From Candidatus Limnocylindrales bacterium (GTDB taxonomy: Bacteria > Desulfobacterota > Binatia > UBA1149 > CAITLU01), in contig DATNBU010000034.1 of assembly GCA_035571835.1 (NCBI GenBank), positions 23,013 to 87,012 of the forward strand: a stretch of DNA of 64,000 nucleotides, written 5' to 3'. The notes below the pieces were generated by a model. The model had not been told where the DNA came from. It made no database searches and saw nothing but the letters and a program-made list of their open reading frames with translations. Below are positions 62,201 to 64,000 of the stretch, piece by piece; position 1 is the first letter of the stretch, and every line of letters starts with the position of its first letter. Position numbers and translations under genes: made by a program.

Positions 62201-63508
62201 CTACTGCGAAATCCGCCGCAGTCGCATCATCAGCACGATGACCGACAGAAAGCTCGCCACCACGATCGCTTCCATCAACCCGGCCACGCCGCGACCGCTG
62301 CGTTCTCCGAGCCACCACGCAAGCGGCGGCATCACGACGACGTAGGAAAGGATGTGGCTCGCGGTCGGCAGCCAGTTGTCGCCGCGGCCGCGCAGCGCAG
62401 CGGCGACGACGACTTGGCCGCCGTCCGGAACGAGCACGAGTGCGGCAACCGGCATCAGCCCGGCGACGACGGCGGCAAGCGCGACGTCGGACGTCAGCGA
62501 TCCGGCGATGGTCGTCGCGAACGCGAGCAGCACCGCTGCGCAGATCACCATCGCGATCGAATTGACGCCGAGGCCGGCCCAGCCGGCGCGGCCGGCTTCG
62601 TGCGCGTCGCGCCGGCCCCACGCTTCGGCAACGAGAACGGCCGTTGCGGTCGCGACACCGAGCGAAATCATGAAGACGACCGCGAGCGTGTTCAGCAGCA
62701 GCTGATACGCCGCGACAGAAGACGCGCCGATGCGTCCGGCAATCACCGTAAGCGACGAGAACGCTCCGGCTTCGGCAAGCTGGCTGACGGCTGCGGCGCC
62801 GCCGACAGCGAGCAGCGCGCGGTAGCTCGGCGCATGAGGCGCACGTGCCCTGACGCCGTACGTGCGACCGGCCGGTGAAGCGAGGATCCATCCGGCAAGC
62901 GCCGTGAACATGAATGCGCGCCCGCCGACCGTCGCCCATGCCGAACCGCGTGCGCCGAGCTCGGGAACGAGCAGAAGATTGAGCGCGAGGTTCACGCCAT
63001 TGGCGGCCCAGATGACGATCGTCCCCGAGACCGGCCGCTGCACGGCCTCGACGAAGAACGCCGAGCAGACGTACGCGTAATGCAGCGCAACGCTCACGCC
63101 GAGAATCTTCGAAACAGCGGCCCCGTGTGCAGCCAGCGCGGGCTCGATTCCGAACGCGACGAGCAGCGGCTCGACGAGCGTCGCAAGCGCAGCGATGCTG
63201 ACGATGCCGGCTACGAGCGAGATCACCAGGCCTCGTCTCCAGACAGCGCCGGCATCTGTTGGCCGGCCCTCGCCAAGCACGCGCGCTGTGAGTACCTGCA
63301 CGCCGGTCAGCAGGCCGATTCCGGTGACGAGCAGCACACCGGTCGGTGCCCATCCCAGCGCGAGCGCCGGCAGATCGTCGGGAGCAAGCTGGCCGACGAC
63401 GACAGTGTCGGCGATTCCCATCCCCATGATGCCGAGGCGCGCGATCGCAACCGGAGCAGCCAGCCGTGCGAGCGAACGAAGCAGAACGGGAAGAGGGCGG
63501 GCGTGCAT
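62201..63508 (-). CDS. MATE family efflux transporter
   Basis: Twelve-helix profile. N-terminus MHARPLPVLLRSLARLAAPVAIARLGIMGMGIADTVVVGQL. Start chosen at ATG 63508. Confidence 0.88.
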   Translation of the reverse strand: MHARPLPVLLRSLARLAAPVAIARLGIMGMGIADTVVVGQLAPDDLPALALGWAPTGVLLVTGIGLLTGVQVLTARVLGEGRPTDAGAVWRRGLVISLVAGIVSIAALATLVEPLLVAFGIEPALAAHGAAVSKILGVSVALHYAYVCSAFFVEAVQRPVSGTIVIWAANGVNLALNLLLVPELGARGSAWATVGGRAFMFTALAGWILASPAGRTYGVRARAPHAPSYRALLAVGGAAAVSQLAEAGAFSSLTVIAGRIGASSVAAYQLLLNTLAVVFMISLGVATATAVLVAEAWGRRDAHEAGRAGWAGLGVNSIAMVICAAVLLAFATTIAGSLTSDVALAAVVAGLMPVAALVLVPDGGQVVVAAALRGRGDNWLPTASHILSYVVVMPPLAWWLGERSGRGVAGLMEAIVVASFLSVIVLMMRLRRISQ

Positions 63509-63647
63509 GGGACCCACGCTTCTATTCTCGGTGGCGGACGTTTGCGAAATATCTGCTTCGGAAGAAAGTGCCGATACGGAAGAAGCTGCTCTCGTTCTTT
63601 CGTCACCGCGGCGCACAGGTTAGAAGACGCGTCGTTCGGGGGGATCG

Positions 63648-64000
63648 ATGACTACGCTCGTACCGGCTCCACCGCTTCCGAAACGCGTGTTCGCGCCTGA
63701 CCTGCTCGCCGGTCAGACCGCGCTCGTCACCGGTGCGGCCGGCGGCATCGGCCGTGCGATTGCCGACGGCCTTGCCGACGCCGGAGCTGATCTGTTGCTC
63801 GCGGCCCGCAATCTCGAACGTCTCGATGAGGTTGCCGCTTCCATTCGCGAGCGTACCGGGCGGCGCGTCGAGACGGGTCACGTCGACATCCGAAACCGCG
63901 AAACCGTTGAAGCACTCGCCGAAACGGCGCGAGGCCTGTTTCCGCGCATCGACATCCTCGTGAACAACGCAGGCGGACAGTTCGCGCAGCCGGCGCGCGA
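63648..64000 (+). CDS. SDR family oxidoreductase, partial (runs off the 3' edge)
   Basis: My own translation from ATG 63648: MTTLVPAPPLPKRVFAPDLLAGQTALVTGAAGGIGRAIADGLADAGADLLLAARN...ILVNNAGG. It is not in the ORF track because there is no stop in the window. Confidence 0.85.
   Translation, partial: MTTLVPAPPLPKRVFAPDLLAGQTALVTGAAGGIGRAIADGLADAGADLLLAARNLERLDEVAASIRERTGRRVETGHVDIRNRETVEALAETARGLFPRIDILVNNAGGQFAQPAR

Noticed and set aside
4283-63616. Longest-ORF starts given in the track for several genes: 4283, 8228, 9902, 15421, 19752, 33683, 35132, 35157, 36445, 39325, 44831, 53540 and 63616.
   Set aside because: Internal ATG or GTG codons with Shine-Dalgarno-like sequences, and/or the point where signal peptides or family-conserved N-termini begin, fit better. 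The upstream extensions are Arg/Pro-rich and in one case run into the tRNA gene. The chosen starts remain predictions.
1-64000. CRISPR arrays, IS elements/transposases, prophage genes, toxin-antitoxin pairs, reverse transcriptases (DGR/retron) and known defence-system ATPases or nucleases.
   Set aside because: I found no regularly spaced direct repeats and no ORF with DDE, tyrosine or serine recombinase, RT (YxDD) or defence-type signatures. The PLD protein has a lipid-enzyme-like two-HKD plus membrane-domain architecture rather than a Nuc-like nuclease layout.

Overview
High-GC (roughly 65-70% by eye) chromosomal segment from a diderm bacterium; a Myxococcota/Deltaproteobacteria-like lineage is only a guess. 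I call about 44 protein-coding genes and one tRNA-Leu(CAA). I saw no rRNA, CRISPR array, transposase, integrase or phage genes. All calls rest on my own reading of motifs in the translations; no database search was possible.

Housekeeping and transport content, in window order:
- partial class III adenylate cyclase gene that runs off the 5' edge and is absent from the ORF track
- sppA, a TetR regulator and a VOC/glyoxalase protein
- a TPR membrane protein and radA
- an orphan amt gene behind a sigma-54-type promoter
- ppiD, trxA and a SulP transporter
- a cusCBA-type heavy-metal RND operon
- an EEP phosphoesterase convergent with a PLD-VTT fusion
- a P450 and SDR genes
- an aceE-E2-lpd 2-oxoacid dehydrogenase operon
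- feoAB
- asnB next to a DUF2079 membrane protein, then a MATE exporter

The unusual content is a scattered set of lower-GC genes for secreted, cysteine-rich proteins of unknown function:
1. 4.3-10.8 kb: a tandem-duplicated Cys-capped protein, a YVTN beta-propeller protein and two adjacent parallel-beta-helix paralogues. A third paralogue lies at 35.2 kb.
2. 52.5-62.2 kb: a 2410-aa secreted mosaic protein combining a propeller-like DUF, disulfide-knot repeats, a myxo-type Cys repeat and thrombospondin type-3 repeats. It is flanked by a divergent Cys-rich secreted protein and a cytosolic-type sulfotransferase.

The second locus is my best candidate for an undescribed system, but the evidence for any system is only co-localisation, shared motifs and composition.
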